Source: a virus (lineage: Duplodnaviria > Caudoviricetes). Taken from it: a stretch of 64,000 bases of DNA. The DNA lies in IMG/VR virus record IMGVR_UViG_3300031760_000032, positions 1 through 64,000 of that record. One strand, 5' to 3'. The stretch's first letter is position 1. Every line of letters starts with the position of its first letter. The notes under the pieces were generated by a model. It saw only the letters and a program-made list of their open reading frames with translations, made no database searches and had not been told where the DNA came from. The translations under genes and the position numbers were made by a program. Shown in pieces: positions 9,881 to 20,400 of this stretch.

Positions 9881-11062
9881 TCGACCAGTGTAAGCTCTTC
9901 TAGTATTAGCGTCCTGAATCTTCTGGTTCTGACGGTTGAGTGCATAAGTATCATTGGTTTTATTACCACCATTGATAAAATGCTCACCACCAGCTTCAGA
10001 ATCTGGACCCATAGATGCTACAACATCAGCATACTTAAAGTTCTCTTCACCAGTAATATTTCCTTCTTCTGTACCAGGATTGAAGCCATAATAAGCTCTG
10101 TTGTCTGTATTTGGCTTATTAACAATCTGGTCAGCCTTTGCTTTCGCATTGCCATCAGCTTCAGACCAATAACCAGGAGTAGAGAATTTGTCATTAACAC
10201 CTTCATGAATACCAGCCTGTGCAATAGCATTGTACTTGAAGTTATTGCTATCAACGATAACTCTGGTATTAGTAAGGTTAGCAGGATTACGCATAGCAAG
10301 AAGCATATCCTGAGCCTTCTGATATACATAGTCGTTATTGATGAAGAATCCATTGAATGGCAGAGATACTTCTGCGAACTGGATATCACCCTTAGTACCA
10401 GTATAAAGGTCAGAATAGTTTGCTGAGGTAGGCTGACAAGCTGCAATAAGGAATGCGCGCTCAATCTTAGTCATAGTGTTATCTGTGAGGAAGTACATGA
10501 ACGAGAAGCACTCCTGATGAGGACCTGGGTCTTTACCAGAAACAGTATCAACACCGTTAAAGGTCCAAGCATCGGTAAGACCATGATAATGCTTAACCTG
10601 AGTATCGGGGTCCTTAATACCTGTAAGATAAAGCTCGTGAGCCTTAGTCAGGATAGAACCAGAACGCTCGTAGTAGTTAAGTGTAAAGTTAGAGTTAGTA
10701 GGCTTCATAACCTTATTGATAACACTAACAGAACGAATACCGTTAGTAATTTCAGCAGCTTCACCTGTGATATTATCAATGTTATCAATACCTCTGAAGT
10801 CATTCTCAAGAATATGAACGTAGTTGTTAACAATAGTTCTGATATTCTCGTCCTGCTCTGCGAGGTCTCTCAGGAACTGAGGGATGGATACTACACAGAG
10901 AAATGGATAACCTTTTTCATAGAGGTCCCACTGCTCCAGGTTACTAAAGTCAGTAACACCTCTCATAAGGTTAAAGTTGAGAAGCTCACGAGGGGTCTTT
11001 AAGCCTTTGAATGCACCTGTTCCCATAGCAACGGAAGTAGGTGTTTTCTGATTTTTAGCCAT
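9878..11062 (-). CDS. Tail tube protein
   Basis: Directly downstream of the sheath; LYLTGIKDP...KHYHG and FMYFLTD...IERAFLIAACQPT resemble jumbo-phage tube proteins; strongly biased codon use. Confidence 0.65.
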   Translation of the reverse strand: MAKNQKTPTSVAMGTGAFKGLKTPRELLNFNLMRGVTDFSNLEQWDLYEKGYPFLCVVSIPQFLRDLAEQDENIRTIVNNYVHILENDFRGIDNIDNITGEAAEITNGIRSVSVINKVMKPTNSNFTLNYYERSGSILTKAHELYLTGIKDPDTQVKHYHGLTDAWTFNGVDTVSGKDPGPHQECFSFMYFLTDNTMTKIERAFLIAACQPTSANYSDLYTGTKGDIQFAEVSLPFNGFFINNDYVYQKAQDMLLAMRNPANLTNTRVIVDSNNFKYNAIAQAGIHEGVNDKFSTPGYWSEADGNAKAKADQIVNKPNTDNRAYYGFNPGTEEGNITGEENFKYADVVASMGPDSEAGGEHFINGGNKTNDTYALNRQNQKIQDANTRRAYTGR

Positions 11063-11078
11063 AATTTATCCCCCTTTC

Positions 11079-14000
11079 TTAGATACTGGTTACAGTACTA
11101 GAGAGAGTAGAATAATTCAGTGCAGTAAGTTCGAAGATTTCAGCCTGAGCAAATGGTCTGAATACAACTTCGATTGCTGCATAGAAAATCTTATTCTCAA
11201 GTGCTGCATCGTCTTGTACATACTTGAATCTTACAGAAGCAAACTTATTTCTCCAAGGCTTCATAGCAGTCTCGACAGCATCCTTATATACAGTGAGGTC
11301 ATCAGCTGTAATGAACTGATATCTAGCTGCTGGGCAAGCCTTACGAATAGCCTGCATCATCATACAAACAAGAGCAACATTGTTCCAGTAAGAGAATTCA
11401 CTCTCAGTAGGATTCATAGTATACTCTGTTTCGATAGAGAATCTATCATCATAGTAGCAACCATAGTTAACTCTAAGGTCACACATAAGCTGCTTCTCAT
11501 TAATGATAGTAGAATCATCAGATGGATATACACCACCGATATTATTAAGAGAAGTCATCTCAGAAGTTGGGTAAATCTTAGGAACATAGTTCACAGTACC
11601 TTCAATAATATTATTGATAGTAATACCATTAGAAATACCTGCAAATACATCACCTACATTATTTCTGAAATGGCTAACGTAAAGGTTAGAAAGACCATAA
11701 GTACCAGTAACCTGAATTACTCTGTTATCATATGGATTTCTAATCTTATAGTAGAGACAAGTAACTGAGATATGCATATCTCTTACATAAGAATAGCTGG
11801 AGTTCTCAGATGTAAGGTCAAGACCAGATTCGGTACCTGGAATGATGGTTGTACAATCTTCATAACTCTTAACTTTACCGATACCCATATCCATATAGCA
11901 CATGAAGTCACCACGATAAGCTGCAAGTCTCTGTATTGCAAGCTTTACATCATTATCGTAGTTAGCATCAAATACTGCGTTAGGGAAGTAAATATCAAGA
12001 TTAAAGATATCCTTATCGAATTCACCAGCATAGAATCTATAATAATGCTTCTGATAAATCTTATCTGCTGCATAATGAATGAATACTTCCTTAGAAGTAT
12101 AATCAGCAGCTTCATTATTGTTGGAAACAAATACAGCCCAGCCAGTCTCTTGAGCAATTTCCTTAGCTTCAGCTAATGTCTTATTCATAGACTCAAAGCA
12201 AACTCTGCTCATCTGTTTAGCTTTAGTAGTAGGAACTATAAAGCAATTTTTCTCTACAACAGTATCACCATTCTTAACGCATAGTGTACCAGGAATCATA
12301 TTAATCTTAACCTTAACAAAGTTCTCTGGAATTACAGGAGCATCTGTAAGATTAAGTGTCTCTGAAGAAATGATAGTACCATTCTTCTGACCAGTAACTT
12401 CAATAATTTCTGCCATAGAAGTTCCATAGTCACCATTAACTGGCTTAGAAACCCAAGTTTCATCAAGAGCGATGAATGGAATAAATTCTGTAGCAGAAGT
12501 ATCTTTTGTTCTAGTAAGATTATAACCGTTAGAACCAAATTCGAGTCTTTCGATAATCTGTTTATTGGTTCTAATCCAGTTATAATAATAACCCTTAGCG
12601 ATGAGGTTAGTATTGATAGAAGTCATGTTTTCCCAATCACAATATGTATTTACGGTGATAATATCATTATCAAATACATCGAGATGAGCGTAGTCATAAA
12701 CATAAGTCATTCTCTTAAGCAGGTTGGATACTGCATAAGAATTAAATGCCTTATACTTACCATTTGTAGCATGACCAAACAGAATATCGTAAGTACCAAT
12801 AAGGTCTGTGTCATTTGTCTGAAGAATGAGCTGAAGAGTTTCAAGAAGTGCATCATAAGACTCATAGTAAGTCTTAACAGAAATCTGGTTAGAGTTATAG
12901 TTTACTGTGCTTTCGATATCGAAAGTATAACCAGTACCATCATTTCTATTATAAGGATTAAGTGAGAACCAGAATGTCTCAAGCTTCTTAGAAGTTGCGT
13001 AATTATAAACACTAAGCTTATAAATAGACTTCTTCATAGTTGTAGAAGAAGCAGCATCATATTCGATACCGATAGTCTTGATAGATTCACCACGACCGTT
13101 ATCGAAGATAGAGAACATTGGGAATACCCACTCAGAAATGATGTAACCGCTAGCCTTTGTCATAAGGTCATTCATAAGTCTAACAGTATTATCATAAGGA
13201 GAAGTATCGATAATATCATCCCCGCTAGCGTAAACGATATTGTCTTCATCGATTTCCTTACTATCATCACCAGACTTCATAGTAACCTTACCCTGAATAA
13301 GAGCATATTCTGGATAATTGTTATCATAGCTAGAAGTATTCCAGCTAGGCTGAACAATACCCTTAAGGTCAGATACACTAGTAAAGAACCTAGTAATGTC
13401 AACTTTAGTAGCAATATCCTTAAATGTTGTTGCACCGTCAGTACCGCTACCTTTAACAGTAGTCCAATAACCAGTGTAGACACCACTACCTTCAGCAGTC
13501 TCTTCAACTACATACTTCATAATGGTATATCCAGCACCAGTATTTGAATAATCCTGATATGCTTCCTTGGTATTATCGATTGACTTACCGTCACCATTGT
13601 TGTCATCAATAATATCATTAGCAGCGTCAAATACAGAAGAATAAGTCTTCTGCTTTCCGCTTTCAAGACCAGTTGTAATGTTTGTAATCTTTCTTACCTG
13701 AGTCTTACCGTCAGAATTGATGTTGATAGTCCTGTCGTCAGCGTCATAGTATACAGACTGAGAGAAACCAGAAAGAATACCAGTACTTTCAACGCCATTA
13801 GGAATAAGCTTAGAAAGGAATCTATTATCAGGTGTATCTTCATTAGCGACTACATCGATAATATAATTTTTATAAAGGTCATATCTTTCTTTATGCTCGT
13901 TAAGTTCAACGTTAGCAAACTTATAATCATTATCATTCTTAATGCTAAACATAAGAGGAGCAATAGAATACTTTGCATCGCCGCTACCGATAGCAATAGA

Positions 14001-14381
14001 ACCAATAAGAGATGGATTATCACTATCTGGTGTAATAGTTACATCTTTATACTTAGTAAGAACAACAGCAAGAGTTGCATTACCAAGAGTAGCGTCATCA
14101 AGAACAGCTCTCTTTGCAAGAATAGCAGCACCGTTATTAACGTTCATAGAAGCCTGGAACAGAGGCTGACCATACTTCTTGAAATCAACGTTATCCTGTG
14201 TGCCATATCTATCGTAGAAATTGTTACCATAAGATAAAGTGATACCTTCAGGACCCTTAACAGAAGCAAAGGTACTGAGATATGTAACTGCATCGGCAGG
14301 ATTTGTAGTGGTAACTGGTACCATTGCAGTAGCCTGAGAGTTATCATACACTTTAAATTGTGTACCAGGATATCTACTCAT
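11079..14381 (-). CDS. Contractile tail sheath protein
   Basis: N-terminus MSRYPGTQFKVYDNS, YGQP motif, C-terminal sheath-like segment YQFITADDL...IEVVFRPFAQAEIFEL; 1100 aa. Confidence 0.85.
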   Translation of the reverse strand: MSRYPGTQFKVYDNSQATAMVPVTTTNPADAVTYLSTFASVKGPEGITLSYGNNFYDRYGTQDNVDFKKYGQPLFQASMNVNNGAAILAKRAVLDDATLGNATLAVVLTKYKDVTITPDSDNPSLIGSIAIGSGDAKYSIAPLMFSIKNDNDYKFANVELNEHKERYDLYKNYIIDVVANEDTPDNRFLSKLIPNGVESTGILSGFSQSVYYDADDRTININSDGKTQVRKITNITTGLESGKQKTYSSVFDAANDIIDDNNGDGKSIDNTKEAYQDYSNTGAGYTIMKYVVEETAEGSGVYTGYWTTVKGSGTDGATTFKDIATKVDITRFFTSVSDLKGIVQPSWNTSSYDNNYPEYALIQGKVTMKSGDDSKEIDEDNIVYASGDDIIDTSPYDNTVRLMNDLMTKASGYIISEWVFPMFSIFDNGRGESIKTIGIEYDAASSTTMKKSIYKLSVYNYATSKKLETFWFSLNPYNRNDGTGYTFDIESTVNYNSNQISVKTYYESYDALLETLQLILQTNDTDLIGTYDILFGHATNGKYKAFNSYAVSNLLKRMTYVYDYAHLDVFDNDIITVNTYCDWENMTSINTNLIAKGYYYNWIRTNKQIIERLEFGSNGYNLTRTKDTSATEFIPFIALDETWVSKPVNGDYGTSMAEIIEVTGQKNGTIISSETLNLTDAPVIPENFVKVKINMIPGTLCVKNGDTVVEKNCFIVPTTKAKQMSRVCFESMNKTLAEAKEIAQETGWAVFVSNNNEAADYTSKEVFIHYAADKIYQKHYYRFYAGEFDKDIFNLDIYFPNAVFDANYDNDVKLAIQRLAAYRGDFMCYMDMGIGKVKSYEDCTTIIPGTESGLDLTSENSSYSYVRDMHISVTCLYYKIRNPYDNRVIQVTGTYGLSNLYVSHFRNNVGDVFAGISNGITINNIIEGTVNYVPKIYPTSEMTSLNNIGGVYPSDDSTIINEKQLMCDLRVNYGCYYDDRFSIETEYTMNPTESEFSYWNNVALVCMMMQAIRKACPAARYQFITADDLTVYKDAVETAMKPWRNKFASVRFKYVQDDAALENKIFYAAIEVVFRPFAQAEIFELTALNYSTLSSTVTSI

Positions 14382-14472
14382 GTTTTATCCTCCTTTATTA
14401 AAAATTTTGTTATAATATTTTATTATTTGTGTGTGTGGTTAGTCAAGTAGTATGTTAGGCTACTAGACCATT

Positions 14473-14484
14473 TATCTTTATGTT
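14473..14484 (-). promoter_or_regulatory. Late-type promoter AACA-N6-TA
   Basis: AACA TAAAGA TA upstream of the sheath-tube operon. Confidence 0.65.
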
Positions 14485-14499
14485 AAAAATCTACGACTC

Positions 14500-15222
14500 T
14501 CAATCCATCATAATCTTCTCAAGAGGAGAGTCTCTATTATTATCATTAGTAATTGATGAAATAACAGCTAAATCCCATTGTTCAGCTTGAATAGCTGTAA
14601 AGGGTGATGTTCCTCTAGGTACATCTCTGATAGCAATCCATTGGTACTCATTATTATCATTACTATTGGTGAGTCTAAATGGAGTATCAATATCTTTATT
14701 AGAACGGCATAGCTCTCCAATTACAACTCCAATAAGTTGTAGAGATACTCCATATCCGTTACCAGTGATTTGAGCATTTCTTAAAAAGTAATTCTGAAGT
14801 TCATCATAAGGAATATTATTAGGAAGTGAGCCTGTATCAAGTGCAGAATACCAACGTTGGATATTCTCTGCATCTTGAGAGATATTATAGTTTACAACGA
14901 TAACTCCTTCTTTATAATATTTCAGAATACGATAATCTTCAGGTTTGTTATTCTTTGTTAATACAATTCCCTTAGCAATTTCAATCTCATCTGGTTTAGT
15001 GAGAAATGTATTAGGAAATTTAAAGTTTCTTAGCTTTCCGATTGGTTTATCATTCTTGTCAAAGAGAGCATAAGGTATTACTCCAAACAGAGCAATACAT
15101 TCACCAATAAACTCTGCAAGTTTATTAGAAAAGAACTTCTCAGGAACATAGAATTTAAAACAACCATCATTAGCAAATACATAAGAGTCACCTTTAACTT
15201 TAATGAAACTAGGTGTATCCAT
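14500..15222 (-). CDS. Putative RNA polymerase beta-prime C-terminal fragment (split multisubunit RNAP)
   Basis: LQLIGVVIGELCR and IRDVPRGTSPFTAIQAEQWDLAVISSI...SPLEKIM parallel beta-prime regions G/H (KHIEVIVRQM; ITKASLATDSFISAASFQ...GLKEN). Late promoter at 15253-15264. Confidence 0.55.
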   Translation of the reverse strand: MDTPSFIKVKGDSYVFANDGCFKFYVPEKFFSNKLAEFIGECIALFGVIPYALFDKNDKPIGKLRNFKFPNTFLTKPDEIEIAKGIVLTKNNKPEDYRILKYYKEGVIVVNYNISQDAENIQRWYSALDTGSLPNNIPYDELQNYFLRNAQITGNGYGVSLQLIGVVIGELCRSNKDIDTPFRLTNSNDNNEYQWIAIRDVPRGTSPFTAIQAEQWDLAVISSITNDNNRDSPLEKIMMD

Positions 15223-15287
15223 GTATATCGCCTCCTATCTATATCAATTTATTACTTGGATGTTAAAGGTATAAAAATTGTGGGTTA

Positions 15288-15317
15288 TATATAATAGATA
15301 TGAAGAGACCTAGTCTC
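15288..15317 (+). promoter_or_regulatory. Early-type promoter TATATAAT plus 5-prime hairpin
   Basis: TATATAAT 15288-95, GAGAC-CTA-GTCTC hairpin 15305-17, then SD. Confidence 0.55.
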
Positions 15318-15343
15318 AAATATATTTTAAGGAGGACATTATT

Positions 15344-16024
15344 ATGTCTAAGAGAATGAAAAAGAAGAAAATGAGATACGCTAAGCTTGGAGATTTTAAA
15401 ACACCAAGCAGGATTCTTTATGAAGGAAGAATAAAAGGTTATAAAGTAGCTATAGTAAATGTATGTGGTAGAAATCCCTCCGCATATATCCAAGTACCAG
15501 AGGATTTAGCTGATATAGTTTTTGAATTGCTGCCAGTACATGGTGGTTGTTCTTTTAACGAAAAAATCTTCTTTAATGGAAAAGAAGAAGATGAAGGCTA
15601 CAGATGGGTTGGCTGGGATTATGGTCACTTATGTGATTATACTCCACCCATTGACAAAAACCACAAGTATTCTAAAGAATATCTCAATCGTCCTAGACAT
15701 ACTACAGAAGAAGTATATCGAGATATCATCAGAGCAGTAAAAGAACTTAGATATATTAATCAGGCTAAAAAAGATTTCTATTTCGAAGTTAATACAAATA
15801 AAGGTAAAGGTGATAATTATTATTGGGATGACTTGAAAGAACAATTTAGAAGTCTTGAAGTTGCAATATCATCACCAGTAAGAGAGTGGAGTAAACTCTG
15901 GCTTAAAGGACTCTCTTCTGTTGGATTCAATACACCAGAACAGCAGATTAAGGTAATCGATTATATAGGTTACATAATTAGTATGGCTAAATTAGGTGAG
16001 TTGAAAATTATTTCTGAAGATTAA
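15344..16024 (+). CDS. Hypothetical early protein
   Basis: 226 aa, SD AAGGAGG, own promoter and terminator; VHGG...WVGWDYGH motif typical of phage hypotheticals. Confidence 0.7.
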   Translation: MSKRMKKKKMRYAKLGDFKTPSRILYEGRIKGYKVAIVNVCGRNPSAYIQVPEDLADIVFELLPVHGGCSFNEKIFFNGKEEDEGYRWVGWDYGHLCDYTPPIDKNHKYSKEYLNRPRHTTEEVYRDIIRAVKELRYINQAKKDFYFEVNTNKGKGDNYYWDDLKEQFRSLEVAISSPVREWSKLWLKGLSSVGFNTPEQQIKVIDYIGYIISMAKLGELKIISED

Positions 16025-16032
16025 GACTGATA

Positions 16033-16067
16033 AAGAATGGTGAGTGTTAAACTCACCATTCTTTTTT
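16033..16067 (+). terminator. Intrinsic terminator
   Basis: AAGAATGGTGAG / CTCACCATTCTT plus T tract. Confidence 0.8.
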
Positions 16068-16135
16068 ATATATTATTAACGTGTAAGAGGTTACCGTAAA
16101 CGGTTATAAAGACTCCACAACCTCTTGGAGGTAAT

Positions 16136-16453
16136 ATGAAAATATCCGACCAATATTATTTTATGAAAAAGGATTGTTCAATAAATCTCGGACGGTTTCC
16201 ATCCAGACACATCCAAGAAATTTTAAAACCGTCTGGTTCAATCCAAATGTACTGGACATCAGATACTCCTCATTTACTTGAGAAAGGAATTCCTGGAGGA
16301 ATTCTGTTCTTTAGTCTTGAGAGGCATAATCTTTATATAGATAAGATAGTAATAGAATCAGACTGCTGCTGTAAAGTGAACGTATATAAGAAAGGAGATA
16401 AGTATGTCATGAAAATTAAAGCTGTTATGAAAGGAGGCGAAAGCAATGGCTGA
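16136..16453 (+). CDS. Hypothetical protein
   Basis: 105 aa, GGAGG SD, early-type promoter at 16069-76. Confidence 0.6.
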   Translation: MKISDQYYFMKKDCSINLGRFPSRHIQEILKPSGSIQMYWTSDTPHLLEKGIPGGILFFSLERHNLYIDKIVIESDCCCKVNVYKKGDKYVMKIKAVMKGGESNG

Positions 16454-16637
16454 TAATATCAACATCAACGGAATCGATGAACATGGTATTTCATACTCAC
16501 TATACTTAGATGAGTGTGAATTTTATGACGAAGAGCCGCTCAGTTATGACGAGTGGCTCGAACAGGAGAAGTATGAGCAGGAGCAAATTGACAGAATGCT
16601 CCTTACCGACTCTGAAAGGTATGGAGAGGAGGATTAA
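16446..16637 (+). CDS. Small acidic hypothetical protein
   Basis: 63 aa, AAAGGAGG SD, overlaps the previous stop. Confidence 0.6.
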   Translation: MADNININGIDEHGISYSLYLDECEFYDEEPLSYDEWLEQEKYEQEQIDRMLLTDSERYGEED

Positions 16638-16654
16638 CTTTTAGAGTCAAGAAG

Positions 16655-16687
16655 GAAGGCGGGACTTTACATCCCGCCTTCTTTTTT
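16655..16687. terminator. Bidirectional terminator
   Basis: GAAGGCGGGA / TCCCGCCTTC between convergent genes. Confidence 0.8.
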
Positions 16688-17708
16688 ATCGTCTTACCAT
16701 TACTACCTTAATAGCACTTGTGATTTCTGTATCTGTATGAAGAGTAATCTTCTTGCTTTCTGGATTATAGCTCCACTTAATATCACTAGGAACACCTTCT
16801 GTAGTGATATTTGTTTTTTGTGTGCTATCCTTCTTAGCAATGATTTCATCATACTTATAATCAGATTCAGTTGCTTCAGATGTACCAAGTACGTGTAATT
16901 CGAATACACGATTTTCATGGTAATCTTCTACAAGCTTAGGAATGAGTACTTCTGCATCGATTGTTGTATCTGCCGCATTAACAGTAATCTCATCAGAAAT
17001 CCACATATAAGTACCCCAAGGATTCTTACCACAAAGCAGAGTTTCAAAGATTTCAGAGATAGTCATACCCTTAAGAGAATCTCCTTCTTTAAATCCACCC
17101 ATAGGATATTTAACAGTAGAATTCAATACGGTCTTACCATCTGCAGTTTCACAAGCATAATCATCTTCTTCTACTCCATCCTTAGGATATAACATAAGGC
17201 ACATGAGTTGAGCAAATGTAAGCTTGCGGAATTTAGTACCCTTCTTAATACCACCTACAGATACAGTAGTACCATTTTCAGAAAGGTCTCTAAAGATATC
17301 TGCATCAGCGATATGCATAAGAATATGATTAAGTTCACCTTTAGTCACATATCTATTGTCTTCTTCCCAATGCATAGGATGAATACATCTATCATGTGGT
17401 GGAGGTGGAGGAGGGCAAGGTTTAGGTGGTGGGCATTTACGTCCAGGAACAAAATAAGTATTTGGTACTGGATTAGGTTGTGCATCATCATAACCGTCTA
17501 CATAATAATCTGGTCTATATGGACCAGGAGTAGGTTTATCAGAGTAAGGTCTATTGATAACTTCTGGTCTCCTGAAATACTCTCTTGGATTTGGAGCAGG
17601 CTTAGGTGGTGGAGGAGGGCAACAACCATCATCCACACCAGAAACCAATTCAGGTTTATCATTATCAATGAAGGCACTCTCAAATTCATCATAGAAATCG
17701 TTTGCCAT
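16686..17708 (-). CDS. Proline-rich putative virion/tail fibre-associated protein
   Basis: CCPPPPPP and CPPPKPCPPPPPPH tracts; internal repeat T-x-VGGIKKGT...LMLYP / PMGGFKEGD...TLLCG; last gene of the LRR operon. Confidence 0.5.
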   Translation of the reverse strand: MANDFYDEFESAFIDNDKPELVSGVDDGCCPPPPPKPAPNPREYFRRPEVINRPYSDKPTPGPYRPDYYVDGYDDAQPNPVPNTYFVPGRKCPPPKPCPPPPPPHDRCIHPMHWEEDNRYVTKGELNHILMHIADADIFRDLSENGTTVSVGGIKKGTKFRKLTFAQLMCLMLYPKDGVEEDDYACETADGKTVLNSTVKYPMGGFKEGDSLKGMTISEIFETLLCGKNPWGTYMWISDEITVNAADTTIDAEVLIPKLVEDYHENRVFELHVLGTSEATESDYKYDEIIAKKDSTQKTNITTEGVPSDIKWSYNPESKKITLHTDTEITSAIKVVMVRR

Positions 17709-17726
17709 ATGTCTTCACTCTCCTTT

Positions 17727-18167
17727 TTATACTACAATTACTGCTACATATTTACCAGAAGAAATTTCATCAGTCTTCTTAAAGATAATAGTGATTTCTT
17801 CATCAGTAAAATTAACAGATACATCTGCTAATACCATTTCACCAGTATTTACTTCATATAAATTTACAGATGGATACTGATTTGCTTCGATAGTAATATC
17901 GTCAATTACCCAAGAACAATCATTATTTACATCTGCGGTAAGAGCAGGATTAGATTTACGATAGATATTAATATTAGAACCACCGCCTCCACCGCCAGAA
18001 CCAATAGTAACCCACTCGTTACCATTATAATATTTCAGTTTGTTTTCAGTTGTATTAAAGATAATCCAGCCTTTAGCAAGTTTGGTTGTAGGGTCAACAG
18101 CAACTTTCTGAATTATACAATTTAAAAGCTGATTTTTAGCAAGGTTAAGGTTAGTTAAAAACTTCAT
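17727..18167 (-). CDS. Short tail-fibre-like protein
   Basis: N-terminus MKFLTNLNLAKNQLLN...IFNTTENKLKYYNGNEW and a GSGGGGGS linker, shared in style with the 620 aa LRR protein. Confidence 0.5.
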   Translation of the reverse strand: MKFLTNLNLAKNQLLNCIIQKVAVDPTTKLAKGWIIFNTTENKLKYYNGNEWVTIGSGGGGGGSNINIYRKSNPALTADVNNDCSWVIDDITIEANQYPSVNLYEVNTGEMVLADVSVNFTDEEITIIFKKTDEISSGKYVAVIVV

Positions 18168-18182
18168 ATATTAACACCTCCT

Positions 18183-18857
18183 TTATCCATTCCATTTAAC
18201 TGTAGCATTTGGCGCACCCCAAGGAGCACCAGATATACTTCCCTCTGGTTTATTTATAGTAATAGATGTAAGAGATGTACATTCAGCAAATGCACCACCA
18301 CTAATACTAGTTACACTACTAGGTATAGTAATAGATGTAAGAGATGCACAACCAGCAAATGCATTACCAATAATACTAGTTACACCATCAGGTATATTAA
18401 TAGATGCAAGAGATGTACATCCAGCAAATGCGTTAGCACCAATACTAGTTACACTATCAGGTATAGTAATAGATGCAAGAGATGCACAACTACTAAATGC
18501 AGCATCACCAATACTAGTTACACCATCAGGTATAGTAATAGATGTAAGAGATTTACAACTAACAAATGCACCACTACCAATACTAGTTACACCATCAGGA
18601 ATAGTGATAGATTCAAGAGATGTACAGTTAGAAAATGTACCCTCACCAATAATACTAGTCGCACCATCGGGTATAGTAATAGATGCAAGAGATGTACAAC
18701 CCATAAATGCATAAGCACCAATACTAGTTACACTATCAGGTATAGTAACAGATGCAAGAGATGTACAACCCATAAATGCATATTCACCGATACTAGTTAT
18801 TCCATTAGGTATAACAATAGATGACACTTTTCTAGAAATAATATTTTCTAATAACAT
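18183..18857 (-). CDS. BspA-type leucine-rich repeat protein (LRR_5-like), about 8 repeats
   Basis: 23-aa repeats SITIPDGVTSIGxxAFxxCTSL; start refined to ATG 18857 behind GGAGG; C-cap GAPWGA. Confidence 0.9.
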   Translation of the reverse strand: MLLENIISRKVSSIVIPNGITSIGEYAFMGCTSLASVTIPDSVTSIGAYAFMGCTSLASITIPDGATSIIGEGTFSNCTSLESITIPDGVTSIGSGAFVSCKSLTSITIPDGVTSIGDAAFSSCASLASITIPDSVTSIGANAFAGCTSLASINIPDGVTSIIGNAFAGCASLTSITIPSSVTSISGGAFAECTSLTSITINKPEGSISGAPWGAPNATVKWNG

Positions 18858-20400
18858 ACTAACACCTCCATTTATCCATTCCATTGAACTGTAGCATTTG
18901 TTGCACCCCAAGGAGCACCAGATATACTTCCTTCAGGTTTATTTATAATAATAGATGTAAGAGATGTACATCCATTAAATGTTTTACTACCAATATTGGT
19001 TACACTACTAGGAATAGTAATAGATGTAAGAGATGTGCATCCTTTAAATGCTTCATTACCAATATTAGTTACACCATCAGGTATAGTAACAGATGTAAGA
19101 GATGTACATCCATTAAATGTTTTACTACCAATACTAGTTACACCATCTGGTATAGTAACAGATGTAAGAGATTTACATCCACTAAATGATTCATTACCGA
19201 TACTAGTTACACCATCGGGTATAGTAATAGATGCAAGAGCTGTACATCCACTAAATGCATAAGCGCCGATACTAGTTACACCATCGGGTATAGTAATAGA
19301 TGTAAGAGATGTGCATCCTCTAAATGCTTCACTATCAATACTAGTTACATCTTTAGGTATAGTAATAGATGTAAGAGATGTATTCCCTCTAAATACTCCA
19401 CTACCAATACTAGTTACACCATCGGGTATAGTAATAGATGCAAGAGATGTACAACTCATAAATGCTTTATTACCAATACTAGTTACACTATCAGGTATAG
19501 TAACAGATGTAAGAGATGCACAATTAGCAAATGCACTGTCACCAATACTAGTCACACCGTCAGCTATATCAATTGATGAGATAGTTCTTTCTATATATTC
19601 TTTTAGATAATCCATATCAAATTTTATAGAAAACATGTTTTCTGTAATAAAATTATATACACCATTAGCAGTAGGCACTTGTCTATCGGTACTACTCTCA
19701 TCAATAGTAATGGTAACATCTTCGTTTTGAATCAGTATATTAGCACCCCAAGGATAACCAGTTCTAGATTTATAGTCTTCAAGTATTAATATATCACAAT
19801 TACTAAATGCATTGTCACCAATACTAGTTACACTACTAGGTATAGTAATAGATTTAAGTGATGTACAACCATCAAATGCATTGTTACCAATACTAGTTAC
19901 TCTATTAGGTATAGTAATAGATATAAGGGATGTACAACCCATAAATGCTTTATTACCAATACTAGTTACACTATTATATATAGTAATAGATTTAAGTGAT
20001 GTACAACCAGAAAATACACCCTCACCAATACTAGTTACTCTATTAGGTATAATAATAGATGTAAGAGATGTACAATTTCTAAATGCATTAATATCAATAC
20101 TAGTTACACTATCAGGTATAGTAATAGATGTAGGAGATGTAATAGATTTAAGTGATGTACAACCATCAAATGTAGCTTCATTAATTTTAGTTACTCTATT
20201 AGGTATAGTAATAGATACAAGAGATGTACAACCCATGAATACACCAGCACCAATACTAGTTACACTATTAGGTATAGCAATAGATACAAGAGATGTACAA
20301 CCATTAAATGCAAGTTGGTCGATTTTAGTTACACTATTAGGTATAGTAATAGATACAAGAGATGTACAACCAGAAAATGTATCGCTATAGATACTAGTTA
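18183..20400. repeat. Degenerate 69-bp tandem repeats (LRR coding) plus an about 99-bp direct repeat 18183-18281 / 18872-18970
   Basis: Recurring ccaatactagttacaccatc-ggtatagtaatagatg-aagagatgtaca unit; near-identical 3-prime ends of the two LRR genes. Confidence 0.9.

Noticed and set aside
18183-18970. Near-identical 3-prime ends as a DGR template/variable repeat pair
   Set aside because: Both copies are coding gene ends, mismatches are not confined to adenines, and no reverse transcriptase is in the window.
18884-20390. Plus-strand ORFs with repetitive ILVTPSGIVIDVRDV sequences
   Set aside because: Antisense shadows of the 69-bp LRR repeats; no SD and no independent signal.
18250-20400. 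CRISPR array
   Set aside because: The repeats are in-frame coding units with no unique spacers, and there are no cas genes.
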